A stretch of 64,000 nt of DNA from Camelus dromedarius (lineage: Eukaryota). This document shows positions 26,376 through 39,740 of the stretch, piece by piece. Location of the stretch: the NCBI RefSeq assembly GCF_036321535.1, contig NC_087436.1:77502001-77566000 (forward strand), read 5' to 3'. A program made the translations under genes and the position numbers. Within the stretch, counting starts at the first letter, position 1, and the number at the start of each line of letters is the position of its first letter. Below the pieces are notes generated by a model, which worked only from the letters and a program-made list of their open reading frames with translations, did no database searches and was not told the origin of the DNA.

Positions 26376-27602
26376 AGTCCACCTGTTCCCAAAGGGGTAA
26401 ATCTTGATTAATATCATGTTTGAAGGACGCAAACTCACAAAACCATCTTCAATAGCCAAGGAGCCCTCTTTCAACAAATTGTTCCTGTTGAAACTCAGCC
26501 ATCTAGCAGCTCAGGTGCCTTCCTTTTCTAGAGGGTTGTGATATAAACACAGAAACTCCAGCCTTCTCAAATCATCTGACTTGTACAACTAAATGAGCCC
26601 ATTTACTGACCAAGTATACCATCAGAACTTGTTAATGCATCTGCCTAGTAAAACTTCTTTGCACTTAAAAAAAAGTGCTTTAATGACCTAAAGTTCCACC
26701 GGTACTCTGGTAATGGCTCTCCAGGTATAGCAGCAGAGAAGGAAGTCTCTCTGCTCCAGCATTATGCCCTTCTATCATAGCTTCATGTTGCCCGAACCTT
26801 GTCATAATACTCATTTATAGTGTGGCTCTATATACACATCTCTTTAGTTTACACAATTCAGAGCCATTTCATCTCAAGGCACAATGAATGCCTGAGCCTG
26901 GAGGAGTAGCTAGTCTCCCTTGCAACATACCTATGCCCCAGTTTTTAATTTCTGACTTCTCTGCCTGATTCCTGGGACCCAAGACCCATTATGATTTCCT
27001 TTCCCTAATATGCTGACATTTCTTTTAATGAAAAGCCTTACTTGTCACACAGTCATGACTGGAAAATTATAAATCTAGAAATATATCCACAGATATGAAG
27101 GAAGATTATGGTGATTACAGTGCAGAATTTGCTACTACTCACAGAAAGATCAATAAGCCTAAAGAACATCTCAATATTCCTAAAAACAAGTGACAAGGTT
27201 GCTGATGCAATAGTTCAAAATATTTTCATATTCACAAAATCTGAATTGCCAAGAGCTTCCAGATAGAAAGAGTATGTTAAGCCAAAGAATGTTTGTTATT
27301 TTTTAAGAATGAAATTTTAATCTTGTAATTCCAATAGAAGCAGCAAAGATCATTTATCTATACAAATCTCCTTAGCCTAAGATAAATACACGTTAGTCCC
27401 TAAGAGAACAGATACCAATAACAGCTATCAAGTTTTGGTCATTTTCTCATTCTTTTCCTGCATTTCACAAGGTGGATCTCCTCGTTATTTTTTCTCATTT
27501 AGTCTTATCCTAAAACTCATCTTATATTTGTATGCAGTTCTTTCTCTTGAGGCTCTTTCGTTATGTATATCCAGTGTAAAGTGTGACATCAAAGGCATAA
27601 AA

Positions 27603-28275
27603 TATGTCTACAAATAACAAATGTTGTTGGTGAGGATGTGGATAAGAGGGAACACTCATACACTGTTGGTAGGAATGTAAATTGGTGCAGCCATTATGTA
27701 AAACAGAATGGAGGTTTCTCAAAAAACTAAAAATAGAACTTCCATATGACCCAGCAATTCCACTCCTGGCTATATATCTGAAAAAAACAAAAATGCTAAT
27801 TTGAAAAGATATATGCACCCCACTGTTCACAGCAGTACTGTTTACAGTAGCCAAGTTATAGAAGCAACCTAAGTGTCCATCAGCAGGTGAATGGATAAAG
27901 AAGAGGTAGAATATATCTACAATGAAATATTACTCAGCCATAAAAAAGAATTAAATTAGGTCATTTTCAGCAACATGGATGGATCTAAAGGGTATTACAC
28001 TTAGTGAAATACGTCAGACATAGAAAGACAAATACTCTGTGCTATCCCTTATATATGGAATCTAAAAAATAAAACAAACGAATGTGTGTAACAAGACAGA
28101 AACAGACTCACAGTATAGAAAATAAACTTATGGTTGCCACAGGGGAGAGCAAGAGGAGAGACAAATTAGGAGTGTGGGATTAACAGATACAAACTAATAT
28201 ACATAAAATAAATAAACAACAAGAATTTACTGTGTAGCACAGGGAACTATATTCGATATCTTATAATAACCTCTA
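27603..28275 (+). mobile_element. L1 ORF2-end/3' UTR fragment, sense orientation, lacking the extreme 3' end
   Basis: acaaatgttg...gaggatgtgg...ccatatgacccagcaattccactcctgg...gcacagggaactatatt; stops at ataacctct with no poly-A. Confidence 0.9.
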
Positions 28276-31031
28276 AATAAGCACCCTGCCTAAGTCACAT
28301 CATTCTTCTGGACATTAAACAAGAGTATAAAGGTGAAAGCTCTTTGTAAATGACAAAGCACTACATCAGTGCAAAATAACATTAGCAGTAGTTGTTTTAA
28401 TAATGTCAGAAAGAGAATGAGATTAAGATAGGGCTCTCTGTGACACTCACCCTATCCCTGCACCATTCCCTCATGTTTCTGCATTGGGAAAGTGCTTCCT
28501 CTTTAGTCTCTTCACCACAAATGGCCACCTAGCCCAGTTACTATAGGACTGGATGTGGCATTCTTGCTTGACCTTGAGGTTCTCACTCTGTGATCTGCAA
28601 CTGAGAGGTACCCCGGGATGTTTCTAATACTTGCTCTGAATGCAAAGTCAGAAACAGGTTTGTATAACTCAAAAATCTATCTACATAGTCCTATTCTGGG
28701 GAGATATGGTAATAGGTACATCTGTTATTATTGCCTATTCCATTCCCATTGCATGGGGCTAGCAATGAAGCATGCCAGATGCCCCCTACCAGAAGGCTAG
28801 GGCCTCGGTAAGGAGGCCAGCTTTAGGAGTATGGAAGCATGTATGAAATCCTTCCTTAGAAATTCTACCCATGAGAAGGGTTCCTCTGAACAGGGAGCTC
28901 CTTGATGGTGACTTAAGAAATCTGCCCATTGGGTTACAATATTCTCTACCCTTGAGGACCTATTATAATCTGTTAGGTATCCCTGCTATTATATTCCATT
29001 CACCTCTCCCTTAGCACCTTCCACAACCAGTCCATCCACTTGACACCACACTTTTGGCTCAGAGCACATGATGGTGAACATGCCAGACAGGTACCCATCT
29101 GTCTTCTTACTCAGGTGAAATTAGGAGTAATTTTCCTGGTGGAAATAAACACTCCTTTCTATCTACATGCCTGAAAGCGATAGGAGAGCCAACCTTACCA
29201 ACTCTCTTTGCTTTCTTTACCCTGAGCTCACTCCAGCCCCAAAGGGAAGGCTCACTCAAAGTTTCTGCACTTGGGTAGGAGACAATTAAGAATCACATTT
29301 CACATTTAATTCTCAATCCACAGCAGTTTACCTTCTGCCTCATCTAGTAAACTACTGAAAGTCTCTCAAAAAGGTTAACACTGATGTATGTACATTTTTT
29401 TGTTCTTATCTAATCTAACTTTTACTATCCTTTCTACGTAAAATGCTTGTTCCTGCTGCTTTACATCAGGAAAATCTCATTGGAAATTTATTTCATCAAG
29501 ATACATACTCTTTTTTGACCTCTACTGTCCAAAAATACCTGACACAAAATTTCTGTTGTATCATTTTTCATGCTGTATTATAATTCTTTGTTTGTATTTT
29601 TGATGTGTTGAATTGAAAGAATGACCCTCCTGACCACCTGTCACTAGGGCTTTTAATGTCCCCAATTATTTTAATAGTTAAAGTGGGTTGTTCAACAGTT
29701 ACCTATATTTTCCCAAGTGGTACATGCATTTATTAAGCAGCTGATTGAAGTTAGAGATACATTATGTAGCCATGAATAGGAGCCAACTCAGCTAACTTAT
29801 GGAAACACTAAACTTTAGATTTCATATTCTTACCAACCAAAATAACTGATCAAACCTATATTTTTACTTGGAATATCATATTTCAGAAAATTAGTTTGTT
29901 ATAGAATGTTTTACTGCCTTGAGATTATTTGACAAATAGAAAAAGAACAGGAGTATTTATTATTCGAGATTAAATTTCATGTCTCTATACCACAATTGCA
30001 ATTCCATTTAATATAATTTTTCCACAGCAATAAAATAAAATAAAAGGGATCAACCATAGGAAAATATGTTTTAGCATTGTTTAAACATCTTTATCATATT
30101 TTTGGCAAGTCTGTGGCAAAACTTTGGAAACATTTTAGACAACCATTGGATAAATCAATTCTAAAACAGCAGTGTTTAAATGGTTTGTAGGTGTGGAGAC
30201 CACACATCTCAGTTTTCCTGGCATCATCTAGGCTTACTCTTATTGTCTTGGCACAATCAGTAACAGCTCTTTTCTTTCTCAGAAGGATTTTACTCTGGAC
30301 AGTAACACTGTAAGGCCATCCTACCTACAGCTGTCTACATAGGGATTAAAAAGGAGAAAATAATGTTTAACACTTAAATGTCCCCATGACTCATATAAAA
30401 TCTCCTGAATTTTCATTTTTTAATGAAATCTTTTGATTTCACAAAAACTAGTTTTGTAGGTTTTTGTTTATTTATGTTTCTACACATTTCCTTTAACTAG
30501 GAATATCTCTCTGTCCTAAAAATTGTATCTTATAAATATTCTTTTTCTCTCATAAAATATGTTTTAACTTTATAAGCATATACAAGTATTAGGTACTATA
30601 AATGCCTACTGGTCCAACTGTTTAAAACCCCAAAAGATTCCATTATTAACAGAAGTTGAAACAAAAACTCCCTCCTCATCTATATAAACTGTTGGTTATA
30701 TTCATAAGGAAAGTCTCGTAGATGCTGATAATTTCTGTTTCAGTGGCATGTGCTCTGTGATGTCAGATTCCATGTTCACGTGGTGGGGGTCTCATTTTTT
30801 CCTCTATACTTCATGTGCTAGAGACTATAATTGTTATAGTCATTATTTTTGTTCTGCATTCACCCGTAAGACCTCGGCTTGCCTTTAAACGTATTTTTAT
30901 GTGCAAATTTTTCTAATCTTTGATAACACTGGCCTTTTTGTGCTTCCATAATTTCCTTTCCATTCCATTGAAGGAAGATACTGAGCAAAACCAGGGCAAA
31001 CAAGGTATTCTGGAGACAATGGCTTTGAAAT

Positions 31032-31050
31032 ATACTCCCCCTGGTGGTCC
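31032..31050 (-). promoter_or_regulatory. Candidate CTCF site
   Basis: Minus strand GGACCACCAGGGGGAGTAT contains the 11-nt core CCACCAGGGGG of the CTCF consensus. Motif match only. Confidence 0.4.
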
Positions 31051-32694
31051 AAAGCTCTGTTGCCCTGGGATGGCATTAAAATATTTTCTCTGGTATCAGG
31101 AGTTCTCATGTGAAATAGATAACAAACAGGCCATTGTTTCCAAAAACATACCTGAGATCCCCTAGTAACTTAATGAACAGACTTTACACATATTTATTTT
31201 GTTTCATTATCCCACTTTATTTGTATAAGTTGTGTATAGGTACTCTTATACACTAAAATGCCCAATTTCTAGGATATTTATCATTAGAAGCAAAAGAAAG
31301 CTTGTTTTTTATTTCAAAACCTTAAATAATTTCACACCACTTATCCCTTAAGTTCTTCTATCTATTTTAGATACAGTATGAACTTTTCTACAAATATTTT
31401 TCAAGATGTGAACACTAATAAATCAAAATAATGTGTAAGAACTCATTGAATCAAAGAAGGCTTTTATAATAATAGACTATTACCATTTTATAGAGCCTTT
31501 GCAATATATAGTTCAACCTCTAAACTTTAGATAAGAGAAAACTGAAACCATTGCATGAGGGTTTAGATTTCATAAGTCCCAGATTAATGTTCGAGATCAA
31601 CTCTCTTAATTACCTTTTAAAATATTTTTCTTGCTACTTCTTTATTTTAATTCTGTAATAACTAAAAATATTATAATCAATTGGATCATAAATAATAATA
31701 GTAGAGATGGGCATATGTCACTCTTTCAGTCAATGAACGTTTATTGAGTGCCACTTTTCTTCTTTCTTTTCTCTACTTAGCTAAAGTTACTTACATGTGT
31801 TTGTTAGTTTTGGGAAAATTTTACAGTGAGATGAGTTTGATTATATTAGAGAAGTGTTGGAAAATTATTTGAAGTAACTAAGGAGGCAATAAGGAATGAA
31901 ATTCAGAACACACAGATGATTTTTTATCTTGGAAAGGAAGAGGGGCATTTATTCTGAGCTGAATGAAGAGAGGAAGAGAACATTGTCAGTAAAAATAAAT
32001 TTTCTAGTGACGGATATTGATCATTTTCCCATTTAATATCATTTTTCTCTTAATAGAGTAAGACGTGAAGCCATCCTCTGAGAGTAAGAAGGGAGGTAGA
32101 GGAATAGAATACATGAACAATATAATAAATGGTAGAGAAAGATAGCTAGAGACATGTAAAAAATAACTCCGCAGTGTGTGGAATCCAGGTGGGGTTAGAA
32201 ATTTGGAATTTATAATTAAATCAACAGTATAATATGTTATTTTCAGCAAGACTTGTCAGAAGACTATATGCAGGAATAGAAAAGGTAAATATTTGAATTG
32301 ACCTAGAGCTGGTATTTTTCAATATAAAGAGGATCTGTTGAACAAGAAATTTGTGACTGTTAGCAAGTGTCTTGAGAATGATATATAAAAGTAAAGAAAT
32401 TAAGAAATTAATTGTTGCAAATTAGAATTAAAAGAGTGATCCAGGGAGCTCAAGGCCTCAGTAAGATGAAAAAAGTACTGTAGATAAACTAACAAGGAAT
32501 ACTAATAGACAATAAAAATTGAAATAGAGTTATGAGTTATAACAGCATCTTGAATGTGGATCTGGATATAGGTTGCTTAAAAGGAGTAGAATTAAGGTTT
32601 AAATATACATTAACTTATTATTCTACATTGATAATTACTTTGCCACTTAAAAGAAATCAAGAAATAGCAGGTTAAAAAAAGCATTTGTATTGTT

Positions 32695-35300
32695 GACATC
32701 AGCACGATAACAAAATAGGACTGGACTTTTCTTCTCCCCACAAATACACAGATTTAGCAACAATCCTCAGACAAATTCCCTTGTGAGAAATCCAGAAACT
32801 AATTGAAAGGTTCCTGCACCCCAGACAAATGCAAAACCAGCCTCACCAAAGCCAGTAGAGAGGTTTGGGACCCTCCCCGACTCTTGCTGGAATCTCTACT
32901 ACCAACATAGCACCATACTATCAAAAAGAAACCTCCTTGCTCTCAGCTTCTCCCGGGGAGGCAGGAGTTGGTTTCTGTATCCAGACCCCCAAGTCTTCTA
33001 AGTCCCCAGAGGACTGACTTCTAGTTTTGCAGTCTTGGAGTTCTGATGGCCCAGAAACAGTCTATCCACCTAGGGGAAAATGGTGACAGTGTCTTGGGCT
33101 GGTAGACATCATAGATCCTACTTTCTGCTCATTGCAGAGCAAAGGACAAAACCCACAGCTGCATGCTTCTCCCTGGGGAGGAAAAAATTTAGAAAAGGAT
33201 AGTGAATCTCTGGCAAAGTTGATTGATGGAGGTCTTCTTCTGTATAATAAGGTCAGTCCATGAATCCTAGAAGAGCTGCCTGCCTTATCTAATATGCAGG
33301 CAGCAACACAGAAAGTCAAGGAATATCAAGAATCAGACAAAAATGTTCCCCCAAAAGGGAATAAGATAAATCTCCAGAAACTGATCCTAAAGAAAGATAA
33401 TAATCTGATTTACTTAAAAGAGAATTCAAAATAACTGACATAAAGATGCTCACTGAGTTCAAGAGAACAATACATGAGTAAAGCGAGAAATTCAATAAAG
33501 AGATATAAAATATTAAAAAGAGCAAAACAGAAATCATGGCATGAAAAACAATAACTGAACTTAAAAAAATCACTAGAGAGTTTCAATATTGGACTAGATC
33601 AAGCAACAGAAAACATCGGTGATCTCAAAGACAGGTCACTGTAAATAAATAAGTCAGAGGAGCAAAAAGAAAACAATGAAAAAGGCTGAAGAAAGCTTAA
33701 ATGAGTTATGGGACTCCATCAAGGAACAAGTATACACATTATGAGACTCCCAGAATGAGAAGAGAGATAAAGGATGAGAAATTTTATTCAAAGAAATAAT
33801 GACTGAAAACTTCCAAAGTCTGGGGAAAGAAAGGGACATACAGATCCAGAAAGCTCAAGGGGCACAAATTAAGTAAGTCAAAGAAATCAGCTTCAAGATA
33901 TTTATAATTAAATTGTCAAAAGTCAAAGACAAAGAATTTTGAAAGCAGCAAGAGAAAAGCAACTTGTCATTTCCAGCAGACACCTCCCCCCACTGCTGCT
34001 CATAAAACCATCAGCAGATTTTCAGTAGAAACCTTGCAGGCCAGAAAGGAGTGGGATGATATATTCACGTGCTCAAAGGAAAGAGCTACCAGCAAAGAAT
34101 ACTATTCCCAGCAAAACTGTCCTTCAGAAATGAAGGAGAGATCAAGACTTTCCCAGAGAGAAAAGAAGCTTGGAGAGTTCACTGCCACTAGATCTGCCTT
34201 ACAAAAAATGCTAAAGAGAGTTATTCAAAATGAAATGAAAGGATACTAAGCAGAAACATGAAAATATAAGGAAGTATGAAACTCATTAATAAAGGTAAAT
34301 ATATAAACAAATACAGAGTACTGAATTACTGTAATGGCAGTAGGTAAATCACTTTTAATTCTACTGTAAAAGTATAAGATAAAAGTATTAAAAATAACTA
34401 TAACTAAAAAAATGAAAAGATACACAGTATGAATAGATGTACATTTTTACAACAATAGCATAAAGTGAAAGGAGGGGAGAAGTTAAAATGTAAAGTTTGT
34501 GTATGTGATTAAACTTATTATCAGCTTAAAGTTAATGTTTACTACTATAAGGTATTTTATGTGAACCCCAAGATAACTACAAAAAAATTACTCATAGAAG
34601 ATACACAAAAGAAAAAAATCAAGTATTTAAAGCATATCAATTAAAAAATTAACACAACAGGAAGACAGCAGGAGAGGAAAAGACAGACAAAAGAACTGAC
34701 AATAGTTAATAGTATGGCAGGAGTAAATCCTTCCCTTTCAATAATTGTTTTAGGTATAAGTGAATTAAACTCTCCAATCAAGAAATATACAGTGCCTGAA
34801 TGTTTTTTTTTTCAATCACTCATCTACTTGCAACCTAAAAGAAATTTGTCACAATAGACCAGATGTGGAAACTACCTAAATGTCCATTGACAGATGAATG
34901 GATAAAGAAAACATGGTATATACATTTAATGGAATTTTTATTCAACCTTAAAAAAGAAGGAAATCCTGCAATATGTGACAACACAATGACCCTTGAGGGC
35001 ATTAAGAAAGTGAAATAAGCCAGTCACAGAAAGACAAATGCTGTATGATTTCACTTATATGAGGTATCTAAATTAGTCAAATCCATAGAATCAAAAATGA
35101 AGTTGTGGTTGCCTGGGAATGGAGAGGCGGAGTTGGGGAGTTAATAATCAACAGGCATAAAATTTCACTTACATCAGATGAATAAGCTATAGAGCTCTGC
35201 TGTACAACATTGTACCTACAGTCAAAGTAATGTATTGTACACTTAAAAATTTGTTAAGAGGGCAGTTCTCCTGTTAAGTGTTCTTACCACAATAAAGTAA
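32695..35300 (+). mobile_element. Old L1 (L1MA/MB-like): 5' UTR, degraded ORF1, start of ORF2, then joined to the 3' end
   Basis: ORF1 remnant LQARKEWDDIF (34034..34249); ORF2 start gaattaaactctccaatcaag near 34760; 3' end ...gttaagtgttcttaccacaataaa at 35274-35296. Confidence 0.85.
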
Positions 35301-35309
35301 AGATTTTAA

Positions 35310-35450
35310 GAAAGAGTACTTGTTTAGATGCTATATAGACTGGGCTCAAGACTGTATTCTAGTATTTACTAGTTAGGTAAACTTAAAAATTTTAATTATC
35401 TTCTCTTAACTCCAGTTATCTCATCTATATAATAGGAATAGTAATATGCA
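35310..35450 (+). mobile_element. MIR remnant, apparently split by the preceding L1
   Basis: gactgggctcaag...ttacta...ctccagttatctcatctatataataggaata resembles the MIR core. Confidence 0.5.
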
Positions 35451-35519
35451 GAGCTCTTACTAAAATCAAATTAACCTGCATAGATAAAGGAATATCATAG
35501 GGCTGTTGCATATTAGATA

Positions 35520-36520
35520 GATCTTCTCATATATAATTTTTCATGACAAAGCCTTTTGACAGCACCTCCCTCTTTATAGTCTTTTTTCTCTACTTTTCCC
35601 TCTTCATATCATGGAACTATATTCAAAATATTTCATCTTTTTAAAAATTGACCCTTAATTTTTTATATCCTTCTTGGTGCTGTCCTAGTTTTCTTGTTTC
35701 CTTCATAATCAAATTCATAAAGGAATTATTTTTATTCCATAATCTTTTCTCATCTTCCCTTAAATTTTCTCTAACCTGAGTGTTGCTCCCACCATTTTAC
35801 TGCAACTGCTTTTCCTGTAATCTCTTTCCAAGTGTACGTTTTGATGGACTCTTTTCACACGTTATCTACTTCATGAGGCATTTAGCACTGCTGTGTTTCT
35901 TAAAATACTATTCGTTGATATATTCTTCTCTGCAGTTTTTAAAAAAAAAAAAAAACCTCTCCTGGTGATGCTTTAGATCACTGTTTTTAGCCTCCTTTGC
36001 TGATTCCTCTTTCTTCCTTGTGAATTGATATTCCCAGATTTCACCCTTATTTCCATCTTCTCCTTTGTCCATCTCAACCACCTCTTTAAATTTAAATACC
36101 GCTGGTACTTCAAGATATATTACTCCATCTAAGAAAACTTTCTAAAGTTCAGGAATACACTCATTATCTACTTATTCCATTAATATGCGTTCAAAATCTA
36201 CCATGTGTCAGGCATGGGCTGAGAAAAGGAATTGTAATAGGGCAGTACACAAGACAAACCAAGATGCTTGCTTTCATTTTCTTGGATGTTTCATTAGGAT
36301 TTCAAATTCAACATATCTAGAACTAAACTGCCCGTTCCCCTCAACACACACCTCCTGCAATCTGTTCTTTTCCTTGTATTTTATTTCCTAGTAAATAATT
36401 CCATCCACTTAGGTATCCAGATCAGAAATCTGAGAGTAATCGTAGTTCCTTACCTCGTCCCTGTCTTTCTCATAACCATTAAATCCACTTTTCCATGTGT
36501 TCTCAAATCCAGTGTCTCAT
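35520..36520 (+). mobile_element. L2 fragments
   Basis: Pyrimidine-rich L2-like motifs (tttcaaattcaacatatctagaactaaact, cagaaatctgagagtaatc). Confidence 0.5.
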
Positions 36521-37801
36521 TTTCATTCAAAAGTATACACTTCAAAATCACCTGGGCTCTGCATGTATGAAGGGGGATAGTTTTATACCCACTTCATAGG
36601 GTTGAAAATAAGATTAAATGAGGTAAGAGATTCATTTGTCTCAGAATAGTACCCAACACATGCTTACTGAAAGTTGCTTATCTTTATTAAATACTTCTTT
36701 AATACTTCTTTAAATACTGTCTTTATTAAATACTAATAATTATTAGCTGTTAGAATTGACATGTGAAATGAAACCTGGTCCCTTCCCTGCCTTGGAAAAC
36801 AAAAGTATTGACAAACAATCAAAATCACTTTATCAAAAATACCACATGCTATACAAATTAACTTTTTTTTTTTTGCATTATATATATATATAAAATTTGC
36901 CTGGACTTCAATAAGGCTATTAACTTGAGGTGTGAGCAACAAGATAGGAATGCGATATAAACCATGCCAGTCTGAGCATAACTGTGACTCAAGCATTTTA
37001 CTGGGATTATCTATTATCTATTTATCTCAGATATATGTATAGTTAAGAATCACATCCATGTCCTCTATCGCAATTTGTCAATTTCCTAACTGAACAGCCA
37101 GGAGAATGAAGGTCAGTTTATCTTCTTTATTACGAGTTAATCTGAATCGGGGAACCCAGCTTGAGTGCATATTCAAATTGGCTAGTAATCCCTTTACCAC
37201 TGAATTGAATTTATCACCAGTGCTACACGCTGCTCTCCTACCATCACCCTACTGGGAACTGAGCCTGCCATGATAAACTTCACTTATGAAAGCTAGCTAA
37301 AGTGAGGGCCTAGAAATCCATGGATGTTCGGCTTTTTTCCTCAATTCTCAAATCAGAGAATTGCTCTCTTGAGGAGGGTTGACTAAACAGACAGATACCT
37401 GTTTAGGAAAAGCCCACTTTTCCTAACTCTGTGCTTCAAAAAGGACAGGCACTCCCAGGTCTTGGCCATAGAGGAGTGAGAGGAGAAGAGAGAGAATAGT
37501 TCTCACTAACATGCACCCCTGAAGATATAAATATATAATCAGTTTTGGGGTTTTTTTTGAGTATTGAAAACTTTGAAGGTTTACACATTACAATTTCAGG
37601 TAATAGCAAAAAATTGATGCCTCAGAAAATATATAATATAATTCAGAGTGTAATCAATGAAATCTACTCTTTCAAAATGAAGAAGGGGGTAACAGAGGGC
37701 AAAACAACCCAGAAAAAGGGAAATGATTGAAAATGAATATTGCAAATATTGAGAGGTATACTAGGCTGTGAGCTATACATGTATTATCTCTGTGGCTGTC
37801 A

Positions 37802-39319
37802 ATTGTTAATTGAATTATAGTTGATTTACAATGCTGTGTTAGTTTCAGCAAAGTGATTCAGTTGTACATATATATATTATTTTTCATATTATTTTCCATT
37901 ATAGGTTATTACAAGATATTGAGTATAGTTCCCTGTGCTATACAGTAGGTCCCTGTTGGTTATCTACTTTATATACAGTAGTGTGCATTTGTTAATCCCA
38001 AACTCCTAATTTATCCCTCCCCTGTCATTCCCCTTTGGTAACTACAGGTTTCTTTTCTATGTCTGTGAGTCTATTTCTGGTTTATAAATAAATTCACTTG
38101 TATCATTTTTTGATTCCAATATAAGCAATATCATACGATATTTGTATTTCTCTGTATGACTTACTTCATTTAGTACGATAATTCCTAGGTCCATCTATGT
38201 TGCTGAAAATGGCATTATTACATTTTTATGGCTGAGTAATATTCCCATGTGTGTGTGTATACAACATCCCCCTTATTCATTCATCTGTTGATGGACATAG
38301 AGGTTGCTTCCATGTTTTGTCTATTGTGCTGCTATGAGCATTGGGGTGCATGTGTCTTTTTGAATTATACTTTTCTCTGGAGATATGCCCAGGAATTGGA
38401 CTGCTGGATCATATGATAAATCTATTTTTACTTTTTTAAAAAACATCCATACTGTTTTCCATAGGGGCTGCACCAATTTACATTCCCACCAACAGTGTAG
38501 GAGGGTTCCTTTTTCTCCAAACCCTCTCCAGCATTTATTATTTGTAGACTTTTTGATGATGGCTATTCTGACCAGTGTGTGGTGACACCTCATTGTTGTT
38601 TTGATTTGCATTTCTCTAATAATTAGCGATGTTGAGCATCTTTTCATGTGCCTGTTGGCCATCTGTACGACTTCTTTGGAGAAATGTCTGTTTAAGTCTT
38701 CTGCCCATTTTTTAATTGAGTTGTTTGTTCATGCAGATGAATACTCCCTGATATGACCACCACCAGTTTTTATGTCCCCAGGGAGAGCCACAGCTGCCCC
38801 CTATCTCCCCAGGAAATGCTCCAAAACCAGCAAGTAGGTCTGACTCAGGCTCTGTGAAGTTACTGCTTTTGCCTTTGGTCTCGGTGTGCATGAAATTTTG
38901 GTGTGTGTCCTTTAAGAGTGAAGTCTATTTCTCCCAGTCATGTGAAGCTCCTGCAATTAAGCCCCACTGGCCTTCAAATCCAAATGCTCTTGGGGCTCCT
39001 CTTCCCAATGCTGGACCTCCAGACTGGTGAGCCTGATGTGGGCTCAGAACTCTTACTCCTGTGGAATAACCTCTGCAATATAATTATTCTCCAGTTTGTG
39101 AGTTGCTCACCAGGGGATATGGGATTTGATATATCACAAGTGCACCCTTCCTGCCATCACATTACGATTCCTTCTTTGTTTTTAGTTGTAAGGGGTCATT
39201 TTTGGTAGGCTCCAGTCTTTTTTATCAATGGTTGTTCAGCAGTTAGTTGTGATTTTGGAGTGCTCGTAAGAGGAGAAGAGCTCAAGCTCCTTCTAATCTG
39301 CCATCTTGGCCTCACTTCC
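37802..39319 (-). mobile_element. Bipartite L1: about 590 bp of 5' UTR fused to about 930 bp of 3' end, TSD-flanked
   Basis: ORF 38321..38662 is the L1 ORF2 C-terminus. The minus-strand start ggaagtgaggccAAGATGGCag carries the YY1 motif typical of L1 5' ends. Direct repeat ctgtggctgtca at 37790-37801 and 39319-39330, followed by TTTT/AA. Confidence 0.85.
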
Positions 39320-39534
39320 TGTGGCTGTCATTTTAAAAGAAAACATAACGCTGGATATGCATTAGTGGCAATAATATATGTAAAAATAAGTATATGGAGG
39401 ATATTTTCAACTCACATAACAGCATTGTATTTGTTCTTGACAAGTAGGTATAAAATAAGATCTGGAAAAAAAAATAGAATTTTTCCATAGAAGATCATCC
39501 CAGAAAAAGTATCAAATGCAAGCAGTGCTGAACA

Positions 39535-39740
39535 GTAGAAAGCACATGTGTATGCTTTGAAACACACAGATCTGGGTTGAAATATTAGCCCTATGATGTA
39601 TTAGGTGTAGGGTGTTAACTCTGCTGGTTGACCTCCCCTGGTCTTCTTGCCTTGCCTTTGAAATGAGAGCAATTTCATACGGGTGCTGTGATAGAATACA
39701 TCACATCATGCCTGGCCTATGGTAACCTCTTAAACACAAG
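39535..39740 (+). mobile_element. MIR
   Basis: cagatctgggttgaaat...tgaaatgagagcaatttcatacgggtgctgtga...atgcctggc. Confidence 0.55.

Noticed and set aside
36680..36735. Short direct repeats (tctttattaaatact variants) as an array
   Set aside because: Slippage-type low complexity with no spacer structure; CRISPR-like arrays are not expected in this mammalian context.
38700..38760. Spliced L1 RNA as the origin of the bipartite L1
   Set aside because: The 3' side begins in an A/C-rich stretch where I recall no AG acceptor, so a deletion or template jump fits better. Not formally excluded.
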